Below are positions 49,662 through 62,515 of a DNA stretch of 64,000 bases, one piece after another (within the stretch, counting starts at the first letter, position 1; the number at the start of each line of letters is the position of its first letter). A program made the translations under genes and the position numbers. This DNA comes from Macrostomum lignano (Eukaryota): NCBI GenBank assembly GCA_002269645.1, contig NIVC01000366.1:310001-374000 (forward strand), in the 5' to 3' direction. The notes under the pieces are model-generated. The model was not told the origin of the DNA, did no database searches, and saw only the letters and a program-made list of their open reading frames with translations.

Positions 49662-52600
49662 CTAGCAATCTACGCCCCCCGTTGGGGAGCCAAATAAATG
49701 CAATACACGTTTTTTTAATAAGCTACATGTATCCTTGAAATCTTAAAAAATCTCCTGTCAAACCTTGTAAGCCTTGACATGTCAGTAATTCCCCCCCCCC
49801 ACAAGCTTTGACATATCAACTTCCCCCCTTGACATCTCAGCAATGCCCCCAATAAGCCTTGGAAATCTAAAAATATCTGTCAACCTTCTAACCCTAGCCT
49901 AACCCTAACCCTAACCCTAGCCCTAACCCTAACCCTAACCCTAACCTAACATTGAAATTTCAGTAATTCTCTCTAAGAGTCACTATAGCACTACTACAGC
50001 ATTATAGCGATTTCCTGCAAGCCTCGACATCGTAGGGATTCCCAAATGAATCTCTTAACTTCGACATGAAGCTTCTTTTATTTTTTACATTACGCTTTTT
50101 TTATCAGCGATCCCTCCCCTGAGGAGGCATCAAATAATGTAATAAAAAGTTTTCAATAAACTACATGTAGCTTCTGACTTTAGCCTTGAAATCTCATTTA
50201 TACCCCGTGAGCCTTGACATCTCAGCTATTCCCCCCGTAAGCCTCAACATGTCAGCGATGGCCTCCATAAACCTTGAAATCTAAAAAATCCCCTGTTATT
50301 CTGTTAACCTTGAAACCCGATAAAATATAACCCTCAACCCACACCTGACCTAAACCTAACTTTAACCCAACCTAAAGCCTTGAAATCTCAGCAATTCTTC
50401 TCCCCTAAGCCTTGACATTTTAGTGATTCCTTCTTTAAGAATCACAGCACTATAACGATTTCCACCAAGCTTTGACATCGTAGCAATTCCCAAATGAATC
50501 TTTTAACTTGAACATGACTTTTCTTTTATGTATAGCTCGTACATACGCTCGTAGTGCTACTTTTATTTTTTACATGACTCTTCTTCTATAAGCGCCTCCC
50601 GTGGCGAGCCAACAAAGAATGCAATAAAAAAATTGAGTAAAGTACATGAACTTTGAAGTAGCTTCTGACTTTTGCTTTGACATCTCAGAAACCCCCCCCC
50701 CGTAATCTCAGCAGTTATTCTCTGAGAGCCTTTACGTCTCAGTTTTTCTCCCCAGCACAGCATTATAGCTGCATTTAATTTTTGATTTTTATGATTTTCT
50801 ATGATTTTTAAATGACGCTTCTACGATTTTTACATGACGCTTCTATGATTTTTTACATGACGCTTCTATGATTTTTTACATGACGCTTCTATGATTGTTT
50901 ACATGACGCTTCTATGATTTTTTAAATGACGCTTCTATGATTGTTTACATGACGCTTCTATGATTGTTTACATGACGCTTCTATGATTTTTTACATGACG
51001 CTTCTATGATTGTTTACATGACGCTTCTATGATTGTTTACATGACGCTTCTATGATTGTTTACATGACGCTTCTATGATTCTTTACGTGACGCTTTTATG
51101 ATTTTCACATGACGCTTCTATGATTTTTTAAATGACGCATCTATGATTTTTATATGACGCTTCTATGATTTTTTTAAATGACGCTTCTATGATTGTTTAC
51201 ATGATGCTTCTATGATTTTTTAAATGACGCTACTATGATTTTTTTACATGATGCTTCTATGATTGTTTACATGACGCTTCTATTATTGTTTACATGACGC
51301 TTCTATGATTTTTTCATGACGCTTCTGTGATTTTTTACATGACGCTTCTATGATTGTTTACATGATGCTTTTATGATTGCTTACATGACGCTTCTATGAT
51401 TGTTTACATGACGCTTCTATGATTGTTTACATGACGCTTCTATGATTGCTTACATGACGCTTCTATGGTTGTTTACATGACGCTTCTATGATTTTTACAT
51501 GACGCTTCTATGATTTTTTATATGACGCTTCTATGATTTTTTTAAATGATGCATCTATGATTTTTATATGACGCTTCTATGATTTTTTACATGACGCTTC
51601 TATGATTGTTTACATGACGCTTCCATGATTTTTTAAATGACGCATCTATGATTTTTGCATGACGCTTCTATGATTTTTTACATGACGCTTCTACGATTTT
51701 TTACATGACGCTTCTATGATTGTTTACATGACGCTTCTATGATTGTTTACATGACGCTTCTATGATTGTTTACATGACGCTTCTATGATTTTTTTACATG
51801 ACGCTTCTATAATTGTTTACATGACGCTTCTATGATTTTTTACATGACGCTTCTATGATTGTTTACATGACGCTTCTATGATTGTTTACATGACGCTTCT
51901 ATGATTCTTTACGTGACGCTTCTATGATTTTCACATGACGCTTCTATGATTGTTTACATGACGCTTCCATGATTTTTTAAATGACGCATCTATGATTTTT
52001 ATATGACGCTTCTATGATTTTTTTAAATGACGCTTCTATGATTGTTTACATGATGCTTCTATGATTTTTTAAATGACGCATCTATGATTTTTATATGATG
52101 CTTCTATGATTTTTTAAATGACGCTTCTATGATTGTTTACATGATGCTTCTATGGTTTTTTAAATGACGCATCTATGATTTTTATATGATGCTTCTATGG
52201 TTTTTTAAATGACGCATCTATGATTTTTATATGATGCTTCTATGATTTTTTAAATGACGCATCTATGATTTTTATATGACGCTTCTATAATTTTTTATAT
52301 GACGCTTCTACGATTTTTTACATGACGCTACTATGATTTTTACATGACGCTTCTTTTTAAAAAGTCTTTTAGTTTTCCTGACGTTGAAAAGCTTTAATTA
52401 AAAAAATTATACTCTATGAAAATTCGAACCATCGTCGCTGCATTTAGCAGTTCAGTCTGTTCACCTCTAGGCTAGCTCTCATCTTTTTGATAACATCAAA
52501 TTTTGCACTTATATAATTCAACAGTTTAAAATCCAAGCATAGAGTAAATCACACGAAGCAGTTATGACATAATCAGTTTCTCAGTCAGTCAGTATCAGTT

Positions 52601-52930
52601 AACAATATGGTTACGCAATTTAAATCAAGTCTGGTGCTACGCTTCCACACTGCATTTTCAATTCAAGTCGGAGTTACAATTCAGTGATGATGCAATCTAT
52701 TTCAGAACCAGAATTCAACCAGTCAGTTTTTTCTCTAGCATTCTTACAATGCATTTCAAGTCAAAAAGTTTGCTTGACCTTTGCAAAAAAGCATGTTTTT
52801 CGAATATTTAATGCCTTTAGCATCGAGCAATTTCTTAGCCGCGATGCATGTACAGTCACGGGAAAATTTCTGATCGAACAGTGCAAGTTTGAACAAAATC
52901 GGTCCAGCCATTTTTTCTCTAATCGATCAC

Positions 52931-52963
<33 letters not shown>

Positions 52964-53032
52964 CACAGACAGACCATTTTTAGTATTTAGGAAGATAGAT
53001 AGACACAGACAGACCATTTTTAGTATATAGGA
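49662..53032 (-). mobile_element. Non-autonomous Helitron, copy A
   Basis: On the minus strand it starts A|TCCTATATACTAAAAATGG and ends with a GCTCCCC-AAC-GGGGGGC hairpin, 8 nt, then CTAG|T. Removing it restores the host repeat unit (gtgccgA|Tatagagtc) with no target-site duplication. No Rep/helicase ORF. Confidence 0.85.
50785..52355. repeat. 22-23-bp minisatellite inside Helitron A (ATGACGCTTCTATGATTGTTTAC)
   Basis: The reverse-complement array at 55075-56545 lies inside copy B. Confidence 0.95.
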
Positions 53033-54137
53033 TATAGAGTCTTACTCTAGATTTTAGCGCCAATATAGAGTCTTACTCTAGATTTTAGTACCAATATAGT
53101 GTCTTACTCTAGATTTTAGCGCCAATATAGTGTCTTACTCTAGATTTTAGCGCCAATATAGCGTCTTACTCTAGATTTTAGCGCCAATATAGCGTCTTAC
53201 TCTAGATTTTAGTTACTCTAGATTTTAGCGCCAATATAGTGTCTTACTCTAGATTTTAGCGCCAATATAGTGTCTTACTCTAGATTTTAGCGCCAATATA
53301 GTGTCTTACTCTAGATTTTAGCGCCAATATAGAGTCTTAATCTAGATTTTAGCGCCGATATAGAGTCTTACTCTAGATTTTAGCGCCGATATAGAGTCTT
53401 ACTCTAGATTTTAGTGCAGATATAGAGTCTTACTCTAGATTTTAGTACCAATATAGTGTCTTAATCTAGATTTTAGTACCAATATAGAGTCTTAATCTAG
53501 ATTTTAGCGCCGATATAGAGTCTTAATCTAGATTTTAGCGCCGATATAGAGTCTTACTCTAGATTTTAGTACCAATATAGTGTCTTAATCTAGATTTTAG
53601 TACCAATATAGAGTCTTAATCTAGATTTTAGCGCCGATATAGAGTCTTACTCTAGATTTTAGTACCAATATAGAGTCTTACTCTAGATTTTAGTACCAAT
53701 ATAGTGTCTTACTCTAGATTTTAGCGCCAATATAGTGTCTTACTCTAGATTTTAGCGCCAATATAGTGTCTTACTCTAGATTTTAGCGCCAATATAGTGT
53801 CTTACTCTAGATTTTAGCGCCAATATAGTGTCTTACTCTAGATTTTAGCGCCAATATAGAGTCTTACTCTAGATTTTAGCGCCAATATAGTGTCTTACTC
53901 TAGATTTTAGTACCAATATAGAGTCTTACTCTAGATTTTAGTACCAATATAGTGTCTTACTCTAGATTTTAGCGCCAATATAGAGTCTTACTCTAGATTT
54001 TAGTGCCGATATAGAGTCTTACTCTAGATTTTAGTGCCGATATAGAGTCTTACTCTAGATTTTAGTGCCGATATAGAGTCTTACTCTAGATTTTAGTGCC
54101 GATATAGAGTCTTACTCTAGATTTTAGTGCAGATATA

Positions 54138-54330
54138 GGGCCGTATGCAGAAAGCTCTGTCTAGGGTAGTCCGGTCTTGAAAAGCTAGTCTGGACTTGGA
54201 TTTGGTATGCAGAAACACAAAGTTAGACCGGTCTACTATAGCAGAACTAGGGTAGCTAGACCATAGACTATAGACTGAACTACCCTAGTCCGGACTAGCT
54301 AGTCTGGACTAGGCTTTCTGCATACGGCCC
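54138..54330. mobile_element. 193-bp MITE, PIF/Harbinger-like
   Basis: Perfect 18-bp terminal inverted repeats GGGCCGTATGCAGAAAGC and a 3-bp ATA duplication on both sides. It interrupts a 31-bp repeat unit. Confidence 0.8.
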
Positions 54331-54460
54331 ATAGAGTCTTACTCTAGATTTTAGTGCAGATATAGAGTCTTACTCTAGATTTTAGTGCAGATATAGAGTC
54401 TTACTCTAGATTTTAGTGCAGATATAGAGTCTTACTCTAGATTTTAGCGCCAATATAGTG

Positions 54461-57400
54461 TCCAATATACTAAAAATGAAAATCTTGCTTGCTTGTAATC
54501 GATTACAGAAAAAATGGCTTAACCGATTTTCATGAGACTTGCACTGTTCGATCAGAAATTTTCCCGTGACTGTACATGCATCGTGGCTAAGAAATTGCTC
54601 GATGCTAAAGGCATTAAATATTCGAAAAACATGCTTTTTTGCAAAGGTCAAGCAAACTTTTTGACTTGAAATGCATTGTAAGAATGCTAGAGAAAAAACT
54701 GTCTGGTTGAATTCTGATTCTGAAATAGATTGCATCATAACTTAATTGTAACTCCGACTTGAATTGAAAATGCAGTGTGGAAGCGTAGCACCAGACTTGA
54801 TTTAAATTGCGTAACCATATTGTTAACTGATACTGACTGACTGAGAAACTGATTATGTCATAACTGCTTCGTGTGATTTACTCTATGCTTGGATTTTAAA
54901 GTGTTGAATTATATGAGTGCAAAATTTGATGTTATCAAAACAATGAGAGCTAGCCTAGAGGTGAACAAACTGAACTGCTAAATGCAGCGACGATGGTTCG
55001 AATTTTCATAGAGTATAATTTTTTTAATTAAAGCTTTTCAACGTCAAAAAAACTAAAAGACTTTTTAAAAAGAGCGTCATGTAAAAATCATAGAAGCGTC
55101 ATGTAAAAAATCATAGAAGCGTCATGCAAACAATCATAGAAGCGTCATGTAAACAATCATAGAAGCGTCATGTAAAAAATCATAAAAGCGTCATGTAAAA
55201 ATCATAAAAGCGTCATGTAAAAATCATAGAAGCGTCATTTAAAAAAATCATAGAAGCGTCATGTAAACAATCATAGAAGCGTCATGTAAACAATCATAGA
55301 AGCGTCATGTAAAAAATCGTAAAAGCGTCGTTTAAAAATCATAGAAGCGTCATGTAAAAAATCGTAAAAGCGTCGTTTAAAAATCACAGAAGCGTCATGT
55401 AAAAAATCATAGAAGCGTCATGTAAACAATCATAGAAGCGTCATGTAAACAATCATAGAAGCGTCATGTAAAAAATCGTAAAAGCGTCGTTTAAAAATCA
55501 TAGAAGCGTCATGTAAAAAATCGTAAAAGCGTCGTTTAAAAATCATAGAAGCGTCATGTAAAAAATCATAGAAGCGTCATGTAAACAATCATAGAAGCGT
55601 CATGTAAACAATCATAGAAGCGTCATGTAAACAATCATAGAAGCGTCATTTAAAAATCATAGATGCGTCATTTAAAAAATCATAGAAGTGTCATGTAAAA
55701 AATCATAGAAGCGTCATGTAAACAATCATAGAAGCGTCATTTAAAAATCATAGAAGCGTCATGTAAACAATCATAGAAGCGTCATGTAAACAATCATAGA
55801 AGCGTCATTTAAAAAATCATAGAAGCGTCATATAAAAATCATAGATGCGTCATTTAAAAAATCGTAGAAGCGTCATGTAAACAATCATAGAAGCGTCATG
55901 TAAAAAATCATAGAAGCGTCATATAAAAATCATAGAAGCGTCATTTAAAAAATCATAGAAGCGTCATGTAAACAATCATAGAAGCGTCATGTAAAAAATC
56001 GTAGAAGCGTCATGTAAAAAATCCTAGAAGCGTCATGTAAACAATCATAGAAGCGTCATGTAAACAATCATAGAAGCGTCATGTAAACAATCATAGAAGC
56101 GTCATGTAAACAATCATAGAAGAGTCATGTAAACAATCATAGAAGCGTCATGTAAAAAATCATAGAAGCGTCATGTAAACAATCATAGAAGCGTCATGTA
56201 AAAATCATAGAAGCGTCATGTAAAAATCATAGAAGCGTCATGAAAAAATCATAGAAGCGTCATGTAAAAATCATAGAAGCGTCATGTAAAAATCATAGAA
56301 GCGTCATGAAAAAATCATAGAAGCGTCATGTAAAAGCGTCATGAAAAAATCATAGAAGCGTCATGCAAGCAATCATAGAAGCGTCATGTAAACAATAATA
56401 GAAGCGTCATGAAAAGATCATAGAAGCCTCATATAAAAACTAATGGAAGTGTCATTTGATAAATCATAGAAGCGTCATGGAAGAATAAAAGAAGCGTCAT
56501 GTAAAAATCAAAATAAGCGTAATGTCAGACATGAAAGAAGTGTCATGTAAAAATTAAATGAAGCTATTGTGCTGTGCTGGGGAGAATTACTAAGATGTCA
56601 AGGCTCACGGAGAATAACTGAGATTATGGGGAGGGGGTTTCTGAGATGTCAGAGAAGCAAAGAAGCAAACGTCAGAAGCTACTTCAAAGTACATGTAGTT
56701 TACTCAATATTTTATTACATTCTTTGTTGGCTCGCTACGGGGGGGCGCTGATAGAAGAAGAGTCATGTAAAAAAGAAAAGAAGCACTATGTGTACATAAA
56801 AGAAGAGTCATTATGTCAAAGTTAAAAGATTCATTTGGGAATTGCTACGATGCCAAGGCTTGGAGGGAATCGCTATAGTGCTGTGATTCTTAAATAAGGA
56901 ATCACTAAAATGTCAAGGCTTAGGGCAGAAGAATTGCTGAGATTCAAGGCTTTAGGTTGGGTTAAAGTTAGGTTTAGGTCAGGTTTGGGTTGAGGGTTAG
57001 ATTTTAGCGGGTTTCAAGATTAACAGGGGATTTTTCAGATATCAAGGTTTATGGGGGCATCGCTGACATGTCAAGGCTTACGGGGGAATAGCTGAGATGT
57101 CAAGGCTCACGGGGGAATAACTGAGATGTCAAGGCTAAATTCACAAGCTACATGTAGTTTATTGAAAAATGTTTTCATTATTTGTTGGCTCTTCACGGGA
57201 AGGATCGCTGATAGATAAAGTGTAATGTAAAAAATAAAAGAAGCTTCATGTCGAAGTTAAGAGATTCATTTGGGAATCCCTACGATGTCGAGGCTTGCAG
57301 GGAATCGCTATAATGCTGTAGTGCTATAATGACTCTCGGAGAGAATTACTGAAATGTCAATGCTTTAAGGTTAGGGTTAGGGTTAGAAGGTTAACAGATT

Positions 57401-57602
57401 TTTTAAGATTTCAAGGCTTATGGGGGAATTGCTGAGATGTCAAGGGGGAGTTGATATGCTAAGGCTTGTGGGGGGGGGATTGCTGACATGTCAAGGCTTA
57501 CAAGGGGTTGCTGAGGTATAATGCAAAGAGACGCTTACATGTAGTTTATTAAAAAACTTGTGCTGTATTTTTTGGCTCCCCAACGGGGGCGCTGATTGCT
57601 AG
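54461..57602 (+). mobile_element. Non-autonomous Helitron, copy B (inverted relative to copy A)
   Basis: It starts TCCAATATACTAAAAATG and ends with a CCCC-AAC-GGGG hairpin followed by GATTGCTAG|T. It is reverse-complement homologous to copy A along its length. The target is G|T within the 31-bp repeat. Confidence 0.82.
55075..56545. repeat. 22-23-bp minisatellite inside Helitron B (GTAAACAATCATAGAAGCGTCAT)
   Basis: Mirror image of 50785-52355. Confidence 0.95.
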
Positions 57603-58899
57603 TATTACTCTATATTTTAGTGCCATTATAGTTCCTCGAATTTCAGGTTCTAGATTTCAGATTCTCTCGCCCATCTCTCACCCCCTCTACATAAATAAAA
57701 CTGGATTCAAGTCTCAGAACCAGGGCGCAAAAAAAAACTACGAAGAAGTGATTTTGTCAAGGACCACACAGCGGACGGATGATTGGCAGCGGCGGCGGTG
57801 ATGTGCTTGAATGAAGTGGCCTGGGTGGGTTAGGGTTCTTGGCGGTACATCAATGAGCCGCCCTGATGATGGATGCCCTGTACTAGTAGTACACGCAGTA
57901 TATTCAGCAGAAGAGGAGAGAGACGAGGAGGAAGAAGAGGAGAGAGTTAATGCTGTAAGTCGATTTCGCCTAGTTATAAAGTGCCGGTAGGCCCTAATAA
58001 GACTCGCTTATTATAAAGAGGCCAAATTGCACTCCCATCTGTACAGGCAGGCCTGCCTCTCTTGACATGCACGGAACGGAGAGGGTGAGAGAGTATGATA
58101 GCTGGTGCCCATCCACCCTTCTTCAATCATTCGACAATTATAGCCAAGCGGTCCTTGACAGGCTGGCCGGTTTTGGGCGGGCTTCCTCCATCACCATCAA
58201 CATCGGCATTACAAGAATATAGCCTATACTTATATGCGATAAGTCTAATGATATAAAGGCCATATAACTCTCGAAGCATCTTTCAGTCTGCTTGGTAGCA
58301 GCTAGGAGCGTATATAAATCTCAATAATTCCCCCCACCCCAACCCAAAATGATTGATGACGGGCGCAGAGAGGTTTCAGAATGGTTGGAAACTTTTCCTA
58401 GTTTTTCTTAGCGTCAGAAGATGCGCACAGTTAGTGATAGAACAGTCAGTCAGTCAGTCAGGAGCCAGGCTTATCCATATAGGTTTAGTTCGGTTAGTCT
58501 GACCACCAGACCTAGGTGGTATCAGGTATAAGATACCAACAGGTTTCTCGCGGATATATAAGCTAGTACTTAATGCCAATAGTGATAAGCAAGTGCATGG
58601 GAGCTGATGTCAGCTGTTGCCAAAATGTATGAAAGGAAGCATAGCACAAGGGCTGGTTGTGCATAGATTTTATATAGCTATGAAGCACGCTAGGGATCAG
58701 GAAAAGGCATTAAAATTCTTTTAGGACCAAAAATAATAAGAGTAGTACCACTGCAAAAGAGTTAACTCCTAGTGGAATAGGGAGTGAGGAGAGATAAATG
58801 AATTTTTTTAAGAAAGGCAAAGTTAAAAGTAGAAATGCAGAAAAAGGGGGTGCAAGATCATAGAGAGAGGGGGGATGACAGATCAAAACAAAAGGGAGG

Positions 58900-61085
58900 A
58901 GATCAGAGATCAGAGGAAGAGGGGATAAGAGATCAGAGGAAGAGGGGATAAGAGATCAGAGAAAGAGCTAGGAAAGATGAGAGATTAGAGAAAGATGGGA
59001 GATCAGAGATCAGAGAAATATAGGATAAGAGATATCAGAAAAAGAGAAATGAGATATCAGAAGAAAAGAGGTGAGATATCAGAAGAAGAGAGGTGAGATA
59101 TCAGAAAAAGAGAGGTGAGATATCAGAAAAAGAGAGGTGAGATATCAGAAAAAGAGAGGTGAGATATCAGAAAAAGAGAGGTGAGATATCAGAAAAAGAG
59201 AGGTGAGATATCAGAAGAAGAGAGGTGAGATATCAGAAGAAGAGAGGTGAGATATCAGAAGAAGAGAGGTGAGATATCAGAAGAAGAGAGGTGAGATATC
59301 AGAAAAAGAGAGGTGAGATATCAGAAAAAGAGAGGTGAGATATCAGAAAAAGAGAGGTGAGATATCAGAAAAAGAGAGGTGAGATATCAGAAAAAGAGAG
59401 GTGAGATATCAGAAGAAGAGAGGTGAGATATCAGAAGAAGAGAGGTGAGATATCAGAAAAAGAGAGGTGAGATATCAGAAAAAGAGAGGTGAGATATCAG
59501 AAAAAGAGAGGTGAGATATCAGAAAAAGAGAGGTGAGATATCGGAAAAAGAGAGGTGAGATATCGGAAGAATAGAGGTGAGATATCAGAAGAATAGAGGT
59601 GAGATATCAGAAGAATAGAGGTGAGATATCAGAAGAATAGAGGTGAGATATCAGAAGAATAGAGGTGAGATATCAGAAAAAGAGAGGTGAGATATCAGAA
59701 AAAGAGAGGTGAGATATCAGAAAAAGAGAGGTGAGATATCGGAAGAATAGAGGTGAGATATCAGAAGAATAGAGGTGAGATATCAGAAGAAGAGAGGTGA
59801 GATATCAGAAGAAGAGAGGTGAGATATCAGGAGAAAAGAGGTGAGATATCAGAAGAATAGAGGTGAGATATCGGAAAAAGAGAGGTGAGATATCGGAAGA
59901 AGAGAGGTGAGATATCAGAAAAAGAGAGGTGAGATATCGGAAAAAGAGAGGTGAGATATCGGAAGAAGAGAGGTGAGATATCAGAAGAATAGAGGTGAGA
60001 TATCAGAAGAAGAGAGGTGAGATATCAGAAGAATAGAGGTGAGATATCAGAAGAAGAGAGGTGAGATATCAGAAGAATAGAGGTGAGATATCAGAAGAAG
60101 AGAGGTGAGATATCAGAAAAAGAGAGGTGAGATATCAGAAAAAGAGAGGTGAGATATCAGAAAAAGAGAGGTGAGATATCAGAAAAGAGAGGTGAGATAT
60201 CAGAAAAAGAGAGGTGAGATATCAGAAAAAGAGAGGTGAGATATCAGAAAAAGAGAGGTGAGATATCAGAAAAAGAGAGGTGAGATATCAGAAAAAGAGA
60301 GGTGAGATATCAGAAAAAGAGAGGTGAGATATCAGAAGAGAGGTGAGATATCAGAAAAAGAGAGGTGAGATATCAGAAAAAGAGAGGTGAGATATCAGAA
60401 GAAAGAGGTGAGATATCAGAAGAGAGGTGAGATATCAGAAGAAGAGAGGTGAGATATCAGAGAAAGAGGTGAGATATCAGAAGAAAGAGGTGAGATATCA
60501 GAAGAAGAGAGGTGAGATATCAGAAAAAGAGAGGTGAGATATCAGAAAAAGAGGTGAGATATCAGAAAAGAGAGGTGAGATATCAGAAAAAGAGAGGTGA
60601 GATATCAGAAAAGAGAGGTGAGATATCAGAAAGAGAGGTGAGATATCAGAAAAAGAGAGGTGAGATATCAGAAAAGAGAGGTGAGATATCAGAAGAAGAG
60701 AGGTGAGATATCAGAAAAGAGAGGTGAGATATCAGAAAAAGAGAGTGAGATATCAGAAGAAGAGAGGTGAGATATCAGAAGAATAGAGGTGAGATATCAG
60801 AAGAATAGAGGTGAGATATCAGAAGAATAGAGGTGAGATATCAGAAGAATAGAGGTGAGATATCAGAAGAAGAGAGGTGAGATATCAGAAAAAGAGAGGT
60901 GAGATATCAGAAAAAGAGAGGTGAGATATCAGAAAAAGAGAGAGATATCAGAGAAAAGAGAGGTGAGATATCAGGAGACAGAAAAAGATGAGATATCAGA
61001 AAAAAGAATAAGAGAGCAAAAAAGAGGTGAGATATCAGAAAAAGAGGGTGAGATATCAGGAAAAGAGAGGTGAGATATCAGAACT
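58900..61085. repeat. 22-bp purine-rich minisatellite (AGAGGTGAGATATCAGAAAAAG)
   Basis: Array of about 2.1 kb. Confidence 0.95.
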
Positions 61086-61914
61086 GAGTGAATAGAAAGA
61101 GAGAACAGAAGAGATGGTTGAATGAGATGATATAAAGAGATGTAAGAATGGAAGATTCAGATATCAGTACATTCAGTATTACAGTACAGCGAGATAGATA
61201 TTCATAGAGAAATCAGAGAGTAGTGAGGATGCAGCCTGCTGGGCTGCTGTAAATCGCGAGATGCGCAAGTTATGCGGCATTGAGGCTCAGAGTAATGCGC
61301 TTGCTACATACATACGAATATGAGCTGAATATAAAGAATTACAGCATGCAGGGTATCATTCAGCCAACTCTCTCATCTCCTCCCTCTCCTCTCTCTGGGA
61401 ATTAAGACTTGTTCAATGGAACATTCAGCATATCAGTACATTCAGTATTACACTGTACAGCGCAGATAGATATTCTCCTATAGAGAAATTTTACCCAGCA
61501 GCAGTAGTGCAGGATGCAGCCTGCTGGGCTGCTGTAAATTCGCGGCAGATGCGCAAGTTATGCGGCATTGAGGCTCAGCTGTAATGCGCTTGCTACATAC
61601 ATACGAATATGGAGCTGAATATAACACACGAACTTACCGCATGCAGGGGGGGACATTCAGCCAACTCTCTCCTCTCCTCCCTCTCCTCTCTCTGGGCATT
61701 AATTTTCTACCAATTTGCGGCCCAGAGGCTGCAGTGTGCAGCAGATAAATGGTTGAACGAGATGTGGAAGTCCACAGAGAGAGAAAGAGAGAGAGAGAAA
61801 AAACGACCCACCTATAGCCAAGGACAACCAGGCCCAGAGCCAGCAACAATTTCCCAGAATCCTCATTTTGCAGTCAACTCTTCGGCCTAACTATATTTCA
61901 GCTATCTGGGATTT

Positions 61915-62515
61915 TGCTGGCGCCCCTTGGTGCTAAAGCCCCTTGTTGCTAAAGCCCCTGGTGCTAAAGCCCCTTGTTGCTAAAGCCCCTGGTGCTAAAG
62001 CCCCTTGTTGCTAAAGCCCCTTGTTGCTAAAGCCCCTGGTGCTAAAGCCCCTTGTTGCTAAAGCCCCTGGTGCTAAAGCCCCTTGTTGCTAAAGCCCCTT
62101 GTTGCTAAAGCCCCTGGTGCTAAAGCCCCTGGTGCTAAAGCCCCTGGTGCTAAAGCCCCTGGTGCTAAAGCCCCTTGTTGCTAAAGCCCCTTGTTGCTAA
62201 AGCCCCTGGTGCTAAAGCCCCTTGTTGCTAAAGCCCCTGGTGCTAAAGCCCCTTGTTGCTAAAGCCCCTTGTTGCTAAAGCCCCTGGTGCTAAAGCCCCT
62301 GGTGCTAAAGCCCCTGGTGCTAAAGCCCCTTGTTGCTAAAGCCCCTTGTTGCTAAAGCCCCTTGTTGCTAAAGCCCCTTGTTGCTAAAGCCCCTGGTGCT
62401 AAAGCCCCTGGTGCTAAAGCCCCTGGTGCTAAAGCCCCTGGTGCTAAAGCCCCTGGTGCTAAAGCCCCTGGTGCTAAAGCCCCTGGTGCTAAAGCCCCTG
62501 GTGCTAAAGCCCCTG
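61915..62515. repeat. 15-16-bp minisatellite (GGTGCTAAAGCCCCT / TTGTTGCTAAAGCCCC)
   Basis: Same family as 30388-30952. Confidence 0.95.

Larger units (their letters stand above)
48840..54460. repeat. 31-bp minisatellite (TTACTCTAGATTTTAGCGCCAATATAGTGTC) split by transposon insertions
   Basis: Present at 48840-49661 and 53033-54460 in the same orientation, with one degenerate unit at 57603-57630. Confidence 0.93.

Noticed and set aside
52684-54738. Mirror ORFs MMQSISE... on opposite strands
   Set aside because: They are homologous non-coding segments of the two inverted Helitrons, antisense to the element, with different ends and no domain signal.
57700-58300. GC-richer patches as possible CASK kinase exons
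   Set aside because: Manual translation gave no kinase motifs, and the region may be error-rich, so it could not be supported.
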